DNA of 64,000 nucleotides from an uncultured Actinomycetota bacterium (GTDB lineage: Bacteria > Actinomycetota > Actinomycetes > Actinomycetales > Dermatophilaceae): assembly GCA_963781115.1 (NCBI GenBank), contig CAWADV010000006.1:48864-112863 (forward strand), written 5' to 3'. Of this stretch, positions 53,530-64,000 are shown in pieces. A program made the position numbers and the translations under genes. Positions within the stretch are counted from its first letter, which is position 1; each line of letters opens with the position of its first letter. The notes under the pieces are model-generated. The model did no database searches, had not been told where the DNA came from, and was given only the letters and a program-made list of their open reading frames with translations.

Positions 53530-55746
53530 ATGTCGGCACCGCACGCCGAACGTTCCTTCGAGCCAGCCCTCGAGCCGGACAGCCGTGACAGCGCGGCCGC
53601 CGACGCCGACCGCACGGCTCCCGCCCAGCCGGCCAGGTCGTTCGACCCGGGGGCCAGCCGCCATACCGACACGATGACGCTGCCCCCGGCCACGGCCCCC
53701 GCAGCCCGGCAGCCGGCCCCGTCGAGCACGCCGCCACGCCCGCGGCGCCGCCGCAGGGGCCCGAGCGACATCACCCCGCGCCCCGGCCGGATCCACGGGC
53801 TCGACGGCCTGCGAGCGCTGGCGATCATCGCGGTCCTGGTCTTCCACCTCACGCCGGCCGCACTGCCGGGCGGGTTCCTCGGCGTCGACGTCTTCTTCGT
53901 CATCAGCGGCTTCCTGATCACCACGTTGCTGCTGCGCGAGCTCAGCGAGCACGGCCGCCTGGACCTGCCGCGCTTCTGGCTGCGCCGCGCCCGCCGGCTG
54001 CTGCCGGCCCTGGCGGTCGTCGTCGTGGTGAGCATCGCTGCGGCCCGGCTGGTCGGCTCCGACCTGCTCGTCGACATCGGCCGGCAGGCGCTCGGGGCGA
54101 TGACCTTCAGCACCAACTGGCTGGAGATCAACGCCGGGGCGAGCTACTTCCACCAGACCTCGCCCCAGCTGTTCATCAACTTCTGGAGCCTCGCCGTCGA
54201 GGAGCAGTTCTACCTGCTCTGGCCGCTGGCGCTGGCGGTGCTGGTCGCGCTGAGCCCCGGGCTGCGTTCGCGGGTGGGGATCGTGGTCGGCATCGCCGTC
54301 GCCTCCGCGGGCGCCATGGCGCTGCTCTACCAGCCCGACACCGACGCCACGCGGGTCTACTACGGCACCGACACGCACGTCTTCGCGCTGATGGTCGGCG
54401 TGGCGGTGGCGCTGGCCTGGGCCGATCCCTCACGGGCCGGACTGCGTTCGGCGCTGTGGCGCCGGTGGCGGGGCACCGCGGTCGCCGGTGCGTTCGCGCT
54501 GCTGCTGGGGCTGATGCTGGTCCTCGACGAGCTCAACCCGTGGACCTTCCGCGGCGGCATCCTGCTGGCCTGCCTGGCCACGGCGGTGCTGCTGGCCGGC
54601 CTGCTCGAGTCCGGGTCGGTATGGCGCACGCTGCTCCAGGCCCGCCCGCTCACCTGGCTGGGTGAGCGCTCCTACGGCATCTACCTGTGGCACTGGCCGA
54701 TCCTGATGATCGCGGTGACCCTGGTGCCCTTCGCCCCCGGATCGGTGACCGGATGGATCGTTCTCAGCGGAGCACTGGTGACGACGCTGGGGCTCAGCGC
54801 CGCGTCCTACCGGTTCATCGAGACGCCGGTGCGCCGGCACGGCTTCACGGCGGCGCTGCATGCCGTCCGTGACTGGGCCATGACGCCCTGGGAGCGGTCG
54901 CGGGTGCCGCGCCTGGTGGCCGCCGGACTGGCCGTGCTGCTCGCCGGGGTGGCGGTGGCCGTCGCGACAGCACCGGACAAGTCACAGACCCAGCTGGCCA
55001 TCGAGCGCTCCCAGGCCGAGCTCGACGGCGCCGCCGCGGGGACCGGCGACGAGCCCGCGAACGCAGGGTCCGGCGAGCCGGCCCGGGGCGGCACCACCGA
55101 CAGCTCACCAGACGGCACTGACGACTCGCCTGCGGCGGGTGGCACCACGGGCGAGAAGCCGGCCACAGCCGACGAGCCAGCTGAGGCCGACAAGCCCGCG
55201 GACAGCGGCACGGTGACCCCGCCGGCCGGCTACACCAAGGACGACGACGGCCTCTACGTCCCCGACGGCAAGGCGATCACCGCGATCGGCGACTCGCTCA
55301 TCGTGACCAGCGCCGACGGTCTGGAGTACCGCTTCCCGGGGATCGGGTTCGCCGCCAAGTCCAACCGTCAGTGGAAGGACGCGCTGGGGGTGCTGGACGC
55401 CGCCCTGGCCCAGGGCAGCGTGCGGGACAACGTCATCGTGCACTTCGGCACCAACGCCGGCGTCGACGAGGAGAAGCTGCGGGCCTTCCTCGACCGGCTC
55501 GGACCCGACCGCCGGGTGGTCGTGGTCAACCTCTATGGCTCGAGCACCTTCACCGAGCCGAGCAACAAGATCATCGACAAGGTCGTCGCCGACTACCCCC
55601 ACGCGGCGGTCGGTGACTGGCAGGCCGCCGCGTCGGCCCAGCCCGACACGCTGCAGTCAGACCGGGTGCACCCCGACATCGAGGGCATGCACGTCTATGC
55701 GGAGATGGTCGCCGAGGCCTTCGACGAGCTCGCCCGCCGCGGCTGA
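53530..55746 (+). CDS. acyltransferase-3 + SGNH domain protein (OatA-like O-acetyltransferase)
   Basis: LDGLRALA, GVDVFFVISGFLIT, WSLAVEEQFY, GDS, GTN, DRVHP. Confidence 0.9.
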   Translation: MSAPHAERSFEPALEPDSRDSAAADADRTAPAQPARSFDPGASRHTDTMTLPPATAPAARQPAPSSTPPRPRRRRRGPSDITPRPGRIHGLDGLRALAIIAVLVFHLTPAALPGGFLGVDVFFVISGFLITTLLLRELSEHGRLDLPRFWLRRARRLLPALAVVVVVSIAAARLVGSDLLVDIGRQALGAMTFSTNWLEINAGASYFHQTSPQLFINFWSLAVEEQFYLLWPLALAVLVALSPGLRSRVGIVVGIAVASAGAMALLYQPDTDATRVYYGTDTHVFALMVGVAVALAWADPSRAGLRSALWRRWRGTAVAGAFALLLGLMLVLDELNPWTFRGGILLACLATAVLLAGLLESGSVWRTLLQARPLTWLGERSYGIYLWHWPILMIAVTLVPFAPGSVTGWIVLSGALVTTLGLSAASYRFIETPVRRHGFTAALHAVRDWAMTPWERSRVPRLVAAGLAVLLAGVAVAVATAPDKSQTQLAIERSQAELDGAAAGTGDEPANAGSGEPARGGTTDSSPDGTDDSPAAGGTTGEKPATADEPAEADKPADSGTVTPPAGYTKDDDGLYVPDGKAITAIGDSLIVTSADGLEYRFPGIGFAAKSNRQWKDALGVLDAALAQGSVRDNVIVHFGTNAGVDEEKLRAFLDRLGPDRRVVVVNLYGSSTFTEPSNKIIDKVVADYPHAAVGDWQAAASAQPDTLQSDRVHPDIEGMHVYAEMVAEAFDELARRG

Positions 55747-55811
55747 GCACGCGCCGAACGCACCCCGTCGGGGACTCCTGCTGAGGCCGCGCTGACGTTA
55801 GGCTCACTGTC

Positions 55812-57032
55812 GTGAACATCATCTTCGTCGAGCCCAACTTCCCCCGGAACCAACGGGAGTTCGTGCGGGCGCTCGCCGAGGCGGGCGCCACGGTGTTCGG
55901 GATCGGCGAGACGCCGGCCGACTATCTCGACGACCAGCTCAAGGGCTGGATGTTCCACTACGAGCAGATCGGCTCGGTCACCGACGTGGCCGCGTTGACC
56001 GCGGTGACCCGGCGGCTGCAGCGGATGGTCTGGGTCGACCGGATGGAGTCCTCGATCGAGGCCCACGCGATGGCGGCCGCACAGGCCCGCGAGGCGACCG
56101 GCATACCCGGCACCTCGGTGCAGACCACCTGGCTGTGCCGCGACAAGCCCTCGATGAAGGAGGCGCTGCGGGCCGCCGGCGTGCGCACCGCGATGTCGAC
56201 CGGGGCCTCGAGCGCGCAGGAGGTGCGCGACTTCGCGGCACGGGTCGGCTACCCGCTCATCATCAAGCCGCGCGACGGCGCCGGCGCCGCGGGCACGCAC
56301 CGGGTCGACGACGACAGCCACCTGGACGCCGTGCTGGCCACCTTCGGTCCCGGGGTCGCCTCGATCGCCGTCGAGGAGTTCATCGAGGGGCACGAGGGGT
56401 TCTACGACACGATCACGATCAACGGGGAGGTCGCGCTCGACTGGGTGAGCCACTACTACCCCAACGTGCTCGAGGCGATGCGCACCCGGTGGATCAGCCC
56501 GCAGTTCATCGCCACCAACCGGATCGACAGCGGCGGGCTCTATGACGAGCTGCGGGTGATGGGGCAGCGGGTGATCAGCGCGCTGGGCATCGGCACCTCG
56601 GCCACCCACATGGAGTGGTTCCACGGGCCCAAGGGCCTGGTCTTCTCCGAGATCGGCGCCCGCCCGCCCGGGGTCGGCTGCTGGGACCTCTACAACGCGG
56701 GCAACGACATGGACGTCTACTCCGCCTGGGCGCACGCGGTGACGCACGGGTCGGTCCCCCAGCGGCCGAGCCGGTCGCACTCGGCCGGCATCATCGCGCT
56801 GCGGCCGGACCGGGACGGCACGATCACCGGCTACAGCGGGCTGGAGGATGTCGAGAACCGCCTCGGGCGCTGGCTCATCGACGCCAACCTGCCCGGTGCC
56901 GGCACGCCGACCCAGCCGGTGGAGGCCGGGTTCATGGCCAACGCCTGGATCCGGCTCAAGCACCCGGACTACGACGTGCTCCGGACGATGCTCGACGACG
57001 TGGGCGCCACCGTGCAGGTCCATGCCGGCTGA
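55812..57032 (+). CDS. ATP-grasp domain protein
   Basis: CRDKPSMK, YPLIIKPRDGAGA, EEFIEG, THMEWF, EIGARPPG. Confidence 0.9.
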   Translation: MNIIFVEPNFPRNQREFVRALAEAGATVFGIGETPADYLDDQLKGWMFHYEQIGSVTDVAALTAVTRRLQRMVWVDRMESSIEAHAMAAAQAREATGIPGTSVQTTWLCRDKPSMKEALRAAGVRTAMSTGASSAQEVRDFAARVGYPLIIKPRDGAGAAGTHRVDDDSHLDAVLATFGPGVASIAVEEFIEGHEGFYDTITINGEVALDWVSHYYPNVLEAMRTRWISPQFIATNRIDSGGLYDELRVMGQRVISALGIGTSATHMEWFHGPKGLVFSEIGARPPGVGCWDLYNAGNDMDVYSAWAHAVTHGSVPQRPSRSHSAGIIALRPDRDGTITGYSGLEDVENRLGRWLIDANLPGAGTPTQPVEAGFMANAWIRLKHPDYDVLRTMLDDVGATVQVHAG

Positions 57033-57975
57033 GTCGGACAGCCCTGCCCCCCTCCGTCCCGCCACCACCCTGCTGGGCCCGCAGCGCAACCCCTCGCTCG
57101 ACAGCGTGCTCCAGGGGCAGGGCCTGTATGGCGCGCACATCGGCCTGCTCAACAGTGGCTGGCAGGAGCGGGAGGCCGACGACGGCCTGCTCGCCTCGCT
57201 GGCCGGCGGCAACACGGTCAACCTGCGGCTCTGGCAGCGGATGCAGCAGGTCTGGGAGGCCGACCCGGACTTCGCCGCGGCTGACCGGCACCGCCGCGCC
57301 CAGCTCGAGGAGTCCCAGGAGCTCTACCTGGTCGGGCTGGAGCACACCGTGCTCGCCCTGCGCGCGCTGCTCGACCGCAACCCGCGCACGCCGTGGGTGC
57401 ACGACCTGGCGGTGCAGGACGCCGAGAACGTGCTGCGCAGCCTGGACGAGCTGCACATGCGCCGGGTGCGCGACATCTACGACAGCTTCTGGGACGACTG
57501 GCCGCCGCACCAGCGGCCGATCGTCGCCGCCCACCGGGCCCGGATCGCCGAGCTGCTCTCCGGGGTGGACGCCGTGGTGATCGCCGGAGGGCATATCGGG
57601 GTGCTGCTGGGGGCGATGCACCTGTTCAACGTCGCCCCGCACCTGGAGGTCCCGGTCATCGCCTGGGGTGCCGGAGCGATGGCGATGAGCGAGCGGGTGG
57701 TGCTGTTCCACGACTTCGCCGCGCACGGTCCGGCGATGGCCGAGGTGTTCAGCTCCGGCGTGGGGCGGGTGCAGGGCGCGATCGTGCTGCCGTCGGCCCG
57801 GGAACGGCTCGAGCTCAGCGACCAGGCCCGGATGGGCATCATCGCCCGGCGCTTCCTGCCCTCCTCGTGCCTGCTGCTCGATGAGAAGGTCCAGGTGGAG
57901 TTCGGCGCCGACGGTGTGCTCCCGCCCGGTGCGCCGGTCCTGGCGCTGGACGGCAGCCTGGGGGTGAGCGCATGA
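57022..57975 (+). CDS. peptidase S51/cyanophycinase-like class I GATase-fold protein, apparently catalytically degenerate
   Basis: VVIAGGH, VIAWGAGAM (canonical SAGA), IVLPSAR (canonical PH). Confidence 0.65.
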   Translation: MPAESDSPAPLRPATTLLGPQRNPSLDSVLQGQGLYGAHIGLLNSGWQEREADDGLLASLAGGNTVNLRLWQRMQQVWEADPDFAAADRHRRAQLEESQELYLVGLEHTVLALRALLDRNPRTPWVHDLAVQDAENVLRSLDELHMRRVRDIYDSFWDDWPPHQRPIVAAHRARIAELLSGVDAVVIAGGHIGVLLGAMHLFNVAPHLEVPVIAWGAGAMAMSERVVLFHDFAAHGPAMAEVFSSGVGRVQGAIVLPSARERLELSDQARMGIIARRFLPSSCLLLDEKVQVEFGADGVLPPGAPVLALDGSLGVSA

Positions 57976-59156
57976 GCACCAGCACCACGGCATACCCGCT
58001 GCGCGGCGCGACCACCCGCAAGCTGGCGATCAACCAGCTCCGGCAGAACAGCCCGGTGACCGAGGAGGCGATCGACCACTTCCTGGCCGAGCACCAGATG
58101 CCCATCATCGAGGGCCCCAAGTGCACCTTCCTCTATCGCGGCGGGGCCGATGAGGTGCACGTGCTGCACCGGATCGTCAACCAGCCGCAACGGGTGGCGA
58201 TGCGGCGGATCGAGCTCACCTCGCTCTGGTATGTCGTCATCGAGCTGCCCGAGCAGTCGCGGGTGGAGTACCAGCTCGAGGTGCGGCACGGCGACCACAT
58301 CGAGCATGGCAACGACCCGCTGAACCCCTATGTCGCGCACTCTCCGGTCGGGTCGAGCTCGGTCTGCCAGGCCACCGGCTACGTCACGCCCGACTGGACG
58401 CTGCCGGACCCGGACGCCCGACCTGGTGAGCTGGTCGACCTGGTGATGCACTCCCGCGCGCTGCGCCGGCAGACCCTGAGCCGGGTCTACCTGCCGGCGC
58501 GGTTCCGGCGCAGCACGACCTACCCGCTGCTGGTGGTGCACGACGGCGACGACTACATCAACTACTCGGCGATGAAGACGGTGCTGGACAACCTGATCCA
58601 CCGCCTCGACATGGCCGAGACGATCGTGGCCTTCAGCAACCCCGGCGACCGGCTGCGGGAGTACCCGAACCACGCCGGCCACGCCCGGCACATCAGCGCC
58701 GAGCTGGTGCCGCACCTGGAGGAGGCCTATCCGCTGATCCCGCGGCGCGAGGCCCGGGCGCTGATGGGGGCCTCGTTCGGGGCGATGGCCGCGCTGTCCA
58801 CCGCGTTCCGCAACCCGACGATGTTTGCCTCGCTGCTGCTGCAGTCCGGATCGTTCGTGTTCACCGACATCGGCGACGAGCACGGTGGTGGGCCTGCGTT
58901 CGACCCGGTCGTGAAGTTCATGAACCGCTACCGGGCGCGGCCGCGGCACATCGCCGACCGGATGTTCATCTCCTGCGGGGTCTATGAGCCGCTGATCGTG
59001 CCGAACCGGTCGATGGTGCCGGTCTTCGAGGGCACCGGCGCGACCGTGCGGTATGTCGAGGCGCGCGACGGCCACAGCTGGGAGAACTGGCGGGACCGGC
59101 TGCGCGACGGGCTGTCCTGGATCTATCCGGGCCCGCAGAAGTTCTACTACGAGTAG
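57972..59156 (+). CDS. Fes-like alpha/beta hydrolase (esterase) with N-terminal beta-sandwich domain
   Basis: YPLLVVHDG, RLREY, GASFG nucleophile elbow, DGHSWENW. Confidence 0.85.
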   Translation: MSTSTTAYPLRGATTRKLAINQLRQNSPVTEEAIDHFLAEHQMPIIEGPKCTFLYRGGADEVHVLHRIVNQPQRVAMRRIELTSLWYVVIELPEQSRVEYQLEVRHGDHIEHGNDPLNPYVAHSPVGSSSVCQATGYVTPDWTLPDPDARPGELVDLVMHSRALRRQTLSRVYLPARFRRSTTYPLLVVHDGDDYINYSAMKTVLDNLIHRLDMAETIVAFSNPGDRLREYPNHAGHARHISAELVPHLEEAYPLIPRREARALMGASFGAMAALSTAFRNPTMFASLLLQSGSFVFTDIGDEHGGGPAFDPVVKFMNRYRARPRHIADRMFISCGVYEPLIVPNRSMVPVFEGTGATVRYVEARDGHSWENWRDRLRDGLSWIYPGPQKFYYE

Positions 59157-59212
59157 TCGCCCGCGACAGCGGGGTGAGCCACGGCGGGCGGGACGCGCAT
59201 ACAATCCGCCGC

Positions 59213-59833
59213 ATGGCCATCGCCGCGACACCTGCTGACGTCCCGCACCACGGCGCGACGGCGGCGGTGCTGCCGGCCAACCCCACGTCATACCTGCTGG
59301 TCGACGGGGAGAACATCGACGCCACGCTCGGCACCTCGATCCTCGGGCGCCGGCCGATGCCCGACGAGCGGCCGCGCTGGGACCGGCTGCTGGCCTTCAC
59401 CCGCGACCAGTGGGGCGGCACGGCCCGCGGGCTGTTCTTCCTCAACGCCAGCAACGGCATGCCGATGTCGTTCGTGCAGGCGCTGCGCACGATGGGCTTC
59501 CTGGCGGTGCCGCTCAGCGGCGGGCCGGAGGACAAGGTCGTCGACATCGCCATCCAGCGCACGCTGCGGGCGATCAGCGAGCGCGCCGGCGACGTCATGC
59601 TGGTCAGCCACGACGGCGACTTCCTCGAGGACATCAGCGCGCTGCTCGGCTCCGAGCGCCGGGTCGGCGTGATGGGCTTCGCCGAGTTCCGCAACAACGG
59701 GTTCTCCGCGCTGGAGGCCCGGGGGCTGCAGAGCTTCGACCTCGAGCACGACGTGCACGCCTTCACCGCGCCCCTGCCGCGGATCCGGGTCATCCCGATC
59801 GAGCAGTTCGACCCGGCCGCCTTCCTGGGCTGA
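59213..59833 (+). CDS. NYN domain (PIN-like) protein
   Basis: LLVDGENID, KVVDIAI, LVSHDGDF. Confidence 0.88.
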   Translation: MAIAATPADVPHHGATAAVLPANPTSYLLVDGENIDATLGTSILGRRPMPDERPRWDRLLAFTRDQWGGTARGLFFLNASNGMPMSFVQALRTMGFLAVPLSGGPEDKVVDIAIQRTLRAISERAGDVMLVSHDGDFLEDISALLGSERRVGVMGFAEFRNNGFSALEARGLQSFDLEHDVHAFTAPLPRIRVIPIEQFDPAAFLG

Positions 59834-59983
59834 TCGACCGTCGCGCGGCGGGACCGCGGCGCTGGTCGTGGTGCTTGTCGGGCCCCGGACGCAGTCCAGC
59901 CGGTGGGAGCGGTCCCGTGAGGGAGGCTCCCACCGGCTGGCACCGGCATGCTCAGGCGGGCTGGCCCACCTGGTCGACCTGAC

Positions 59984-61568
59984 TCAGCGTGAGGCTGCCT
60001 CGTGGTCGTGGTCGTGCGCGTCTCCGCCGAGCGGACCGGCGAAGCTGTGCTCCGGACCGGCCGGAGCTCGGGGACGACCAGCCCGCCGGGGACCTTCTTG
60101 CCGACGACACCGTTGACCGACTCGGTGCTGTAGGCGTAGGTCAGGACCGCGAACGCCACGGCGTCACTGTTGACGTCGAGCGCGTGCAGGTCGAGATTGG
60201 CGATCGTGTCGCAGGCCTGGTGGTAGCACGGGTCGAACTGCTGACCCGCCGTGCCACCCCAGATCGCCTGCTGCGCCGGTGTCTTGACACTGCTCGGCGC
60301 CAGTGAACAGCCCGCTGGACGGGATGCCCTTGTTGATGAACGCCTGGTAGTCGCTGCGGCCACTGAACGCCGAGTCGTCATACGGCTCGCCGACCCAGGT
60401 GTAGTAGGACTCGAACGTGTCCTCCAGGGCGATCGACCCCTCGGGGACCGGGACCGGCGCCTCGAAGCTGGACTCGTCAGCGTCATACACGCCGAAGTAG
60501 TAGTTCGGCGACCCGATCATGTCGAAGTTCATGTAGAGAGCGATCTCGTCGAGCTCGGCCTGGGTGCGCTGCGCGACCCACTGGGTGGAGCCGATCAGTC
60601 CGAGCTCCTCGGCGCCCCACCAGGCGAACCGCACGGTGTTCTGCGGCTTGTGGTTGCCCAGTGCCTGGGCCACGTCGAGCAGGCCCGAGGAGCCACTGCC
60701 GTTGTCGTTGATGCCCGGGCCCGGCCGGGACCGAGTCCAGGTGCGCGCCGGCCATCACGATGTTGCTCGTGTTAGTGCCGGCGAGCTCGCCGATGACGTT
60801 GAACGACTCGCGGGTGACGAAGTCGACCTTGAGCTGGGCGGTGGAGCCGGCCTGGGCCAGCGCGGCACCATCGGCAAAGCTGACGCCGACGACAGGAATG
60901 ACTGCCTGGAGTGGAGCCAGCGTCGGGTTGATCGCGTTGTTGCGGTCCGGTGCGGCAGTGTCACCCTGGTTGAAGATGATCACGCCGCCGGCGCCCGCGT
61001 CCTGGGCGTTCTGCGCCTTGACGACGAACCCGCAGCCGCCACGCTGGACGAGGGCGATCGCCCCGGCGGGAAAGACGCCGAAGTCGGCTGCCTCGCAGCC
61101 GCTGGTGTTCGCTCGCGGGGGGACGAGGTTGATGTCCACAGGAACGACCGCGGCTGTCACGTCGCCCTCGCCGCTGCCGACGGCCACGTTGTGCTGGTAG
61201 ACGGCACCGATCGGGGTGAGCTGCTGCAGGGTGGAGTCGGTGCCGTTGTAGGTGAACGGGACGACCTCTGCTGACCAACCAGCGTCCTCCAGGGTCTCGA
61301 CGACGTAGTCGACGCTGGCCTGGTAGCCCGGGGTCTGGTCAGCGCGCGTGCCGCCGTTGGCATCGGCGATCGCCTGCAACGCCTGCTCGTGCTCGAGCAC
61401 ACCGTCGACGGTGACGCAGTTGAGCAGCTTGGCGTAGGTGTTGCTGTTCTGGGTGTTGCAGTTGACGGCCTTGCCCGGCTTGGCGCTGGTCGGCGCCGCC
61501 GTGAGCGTCGCCGTGAGCAGCAGTGCCGCTCCTGCGACGACCACGGCCCTGGTGGTGCGTGAGGACAT
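59984..61568 (-). CDS. secreted M28 aminopeptidase with PA domain (frameshifts)
   Basis: signal peptide, IALVQRGGC, GAHLDSV, NDNGSG, WWGAEELG, NFDMIGSPN, YHQACD. Confidence 0.9.
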
Positions 61569-61723
61569 GGAGTTCTCCTTCTGATGGGGTCCTCGCGCAA
61601 CGTAACGCGGGCTTGTGAGAAGGGGCAGACGAAGGCGAAAACCTTTACCTGCGCCTGACCAAATCGTGACCTTTCACCGCGGCGAACGCGCGGGAGTCAC
61701 CCAGTCCTGGCAAGCTGCCCCAG

Positions 61724-61890
61724 GTGACGGACGAGAAGGACAGCCTGCTCGAGGGGCTGTACGAAAGTCTGCTCACCCGCGCGCTGGAGGAGCGCCTCGC
61801 CAGACTTTCCACTCTTGAGGCTCAGCGAGGATTGATCGACGAGGCCGACGAGCCCAACGTTCTTGCACGACACGTCCGTGACGTCTTGGA
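61724..61890 (+). pseudogene. N-terminal fragment resembling PLD–DEAD helicase–DUF3427 proteins
   Basis: GLYESLLTRAL...IDEADEPNVLARHV resembles that family's N-terminus; coding character is lost after ~55 aa. Confidence 0.5.
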
Positions 61891-62852
61891 CAGCGGCCGC
61901 CTGGGCACCTCATGCGGCAGGCGGATGCTCGGATGGTTCGCCTGCTATGTCAGCGATGTCAGACCGGGACCAGGACCACGACAACCAGACCCCCTGCCTG
62001 CAAAGACTTTGGAACGCGACAAGAGCCCCTTTCAACGCACGATTGGCCGGGTGGGGGCCGAAGCATCGACGGGTTCAACAGCCCTACTGCTGCAGTTTGC
62101 TTCTGCACTGCAGCGACGCCCGCATCCGCTACCTGTTCCAGCCGTGGCCGAAGACGCGGCATGTCTGAACGTATACCTCTCCGCAAGGCTCGCCGAAGAA
62201 GGGACTCCCATCCCGTGCGTCAGAAGGACTTATTTGCGCACGCGCGTTTGGCCGTCCTCCCTCCAGTTGGGTTCGGGGCGATCAAGAAGAGGTGCCGAAC
62301 GTCGGGGGTGAGGCGCGCCTTCCACGTGTCCTTGAGGTCGTGGTTGACCCTTGCCGGTGCCGCCTCGCTCTCACCTCGGCGATCACGCCCTCGGCAAAAT
62401 AGATTCGAAGGTGGGAGCCAGGCCGAGGTCTCGACGCCATGCTGTCCTCACGGGGTCAGCAGCACCTCCTCATCGAAGCCCAGCTGGTCCATGAGGACTG
62501 CGGAGACGATCCTCTGGACTGCCGAGCTGCTCGCTCCGTCCACGCGGGGGATTGCCGATCGCAGCGGGCTGGAGCTCGACAGGCGTTCGAAGCCGCTCAG
62601 CCAGCCGATCGACGCCCAGGACGGGCGCTGGCTGAGTGACGGGCTGATCCCGACCCCCAGGGTGCCCACTGTGCACTGCGCTCCGCTGTCCTGTGCGTTG
62701 CGCCCATTCGAGCGAACTGGCTGCCTCGAGCCGCGTGACGCTCGACGCGGCTGGACGCGGGTGGCTGCCACGTCGAACTCGTCCCGGGTACCCGCGTCTT
62801 CGTCAAGGCTGAGGATGCCAGCGCCACCCCCGGAGTTCCACTGACGGCGCTC

Positions 62853-63725
62853 ATGACGGTCGGCGAGACGGTCATCGCCACGGTCGTGAAGGTGGGGGAG
62901 CCGGAGGGCAAGGGCTGGCGCCTCACCCTCATCGACGTAGACCATGATGCCGAGCCGCTGGCGGCCGCACTCCTGCCTGGCGGGCCGCCGTGGCTGACCA
63001 CAGTGGCCGTCGAGGCCCCGGACTCCGCCGAAGACGGGGCTGAGGCCACGGTGGCCACCCCGGCACCGTCGCCCGTCGAGACGTCGACAGTTCCGACCGT
63101 GCTGCCGGCCGACCCTACGGAGATTGCCGCCCTTCAGTCCGAGCGAGACGCGTTCCTCAATGAGCTTGAGGTCGTCCGTGCCAGAGTGGAGCGACTGGAA
63201 CGATCCCGCGAACAGCTTCGGCGCCAAGCTCGGGAGGCCGGCAATGATGCAGAGCGTCGTCGCCGCGAGGTGCAGTCCCTGACGGAGGAACTGGGCCGGG
63301 CGGCGAACAATGCGAACCTGTTTGGCGACCCGAGGGAGCAGCTCGAGTTCGACGTTCGGCTCACGTGGGCGCGTCGCGTTCCTGCCGCCGAGAAGGTGGC
63401 ATTGCCTCTGGCGAGATACGAGGTCGGCCCGAGGTTCTTCGAGTCCTGGCAGTCGACGGAGGGCATCGACCGACAGAAGGTGGTGGAGGTCGTCGTCGAG
63501 ATCCTCACCGGCAGGGTCCACCAGCTGGCGGGCCGCGAAACGCATCAGCTCCGGAGGTCCGACGGCGGCAATGCCGCCTATGTGACTCGCCCGGACGGGT
63601 CGACTTGTTGGCGGGTGGCCCTGCAGGTCAACGCTCCTCAAGCCAGACGCCTGCACTACTGGCAGCGTGCCGACGGGAGCGTCGAGCTGTCGAGCGTCCG
63701 CCAGCATGATGATTTCCGACCATGA
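62853..63725 (+). CDS. C-terminal part of a coiled-coil protein with RelE/ParE-like terminal domain; 5' part degraded or frameshifted
   Basis: coiled coil ERDAFLNELEVVRARVERLE; ETHQLR...CWRVALQVNAPQARRLHYW...VELSSV. Confidence 0.55.
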   Translation: MTVGETVIATVVKVGEPEGKGWRLTLIDVDHDAEPLAAALLPGGPPWLTTVAVEAPDSAEDGAEATVATPAPSPVETSTVPTVLPADPTEIAALQSERDAFLNELEVVRARVERLERSREQLRRQAREAGNDAERRRREVQSLTEELGRAANNANLFGDPREQLEFDVRLTWARRVPAAEKVALPLARYEVGPRFFESWQSTEGIDRQKVVEVVVEILTGRVHQLAGRETHQLRRSDGGNAAYVTRPDGSTCWRVALQVNAPQARRLHYWQRADGSVELSSVRQHDDFRP

Positions 63726-63806
63726 GGAGCTCCGGCTGCCGGTGTGGGAGAGGGGGAGCCATACGTAGCCGCGCGCCTGTCGGTGGTCTCGCCTAGGGTC
63801 GAGATC

Positions 63807-64000
63807 ATGACAACGGCACTCATCTACGGCGAATCGCCCTATGGCTACCTGACCATCGTCCCCGAGGGCGCGATCGAGGAGGCCACGGCCGAGATCCGCC
63901 GTGTCCTGTCGCTGTCCACGTACGGCGAGGCGCGTGCCGCAGACGCACCAGGCGCCGATGACGATGAGATTGCGGACGACGAGCCCTACGACGTGCGCGA
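63807..64000 (+). CDS. hypothetical protein (runs off right edge)
   Basis: MTTALIYGESPYGYLTIVPEG... open to the edge, GC3-rich codons. Confidence 0.5.
   Translation, partial: MTTALIYGESPYGYLTIVPEGAIEEATAEIRRVLSLSTYGEARAADAPGADDDEIADDEPYDVR

Overview
High-GC actinobacterial chromosome segment (Micrococcales-like, inferred from gene content). It probably lies near oriC, since it carries the tRNA-Leu–fhaA–fhaB–pstP–rodA–pbpA–pknB and crgA–rhomboid–ppiA block. Many genes, including normally essential ones, contain single-base frameshifts, most likely long-read indel errors. From left to right: (1) a minus-strand operon running off the left edge, encoding an acyl carrier protein, a ~970-aa protein with ~20 tandem 29-aa helical repeats plus a HExxH domain, a minimal gingipain/caspase-fold protease, and a ketosynthase fused to a degenerate KS-like domain; (2) accessory genes, including an RCK channel with an atypical filter and a duplicated-domain Cys protein; (3) a ~19-kb urate/allantoin/glyoxylate catabolic cluster with an IclR regulator and paired 15-bp operators spaced 21 bp apart; (4) a DUF6345-like caspase-fold protein and tRNA-Leu(CAG); (5) the Ser/Thr-kinase cell-division cluster, interrupted by an AbiEi/DUF559-like nuclease gene preceded by two ~75-bp palindromic elements, with a third co-varying copy 38 kb away; (6) an OatA-like acyltransferase, an ATP-grasp/pseudo-peptidase/esterase operon, a NYN nuclease and an M28 peptidase; (7) a decayed defence-like region at the right end. 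The best candidates for undescribed systems are the ACP/repeat-protein/protease/KS operon and the nuclease-associated palindromic repeat family. All family assignments come from motif recognition, not database searches.
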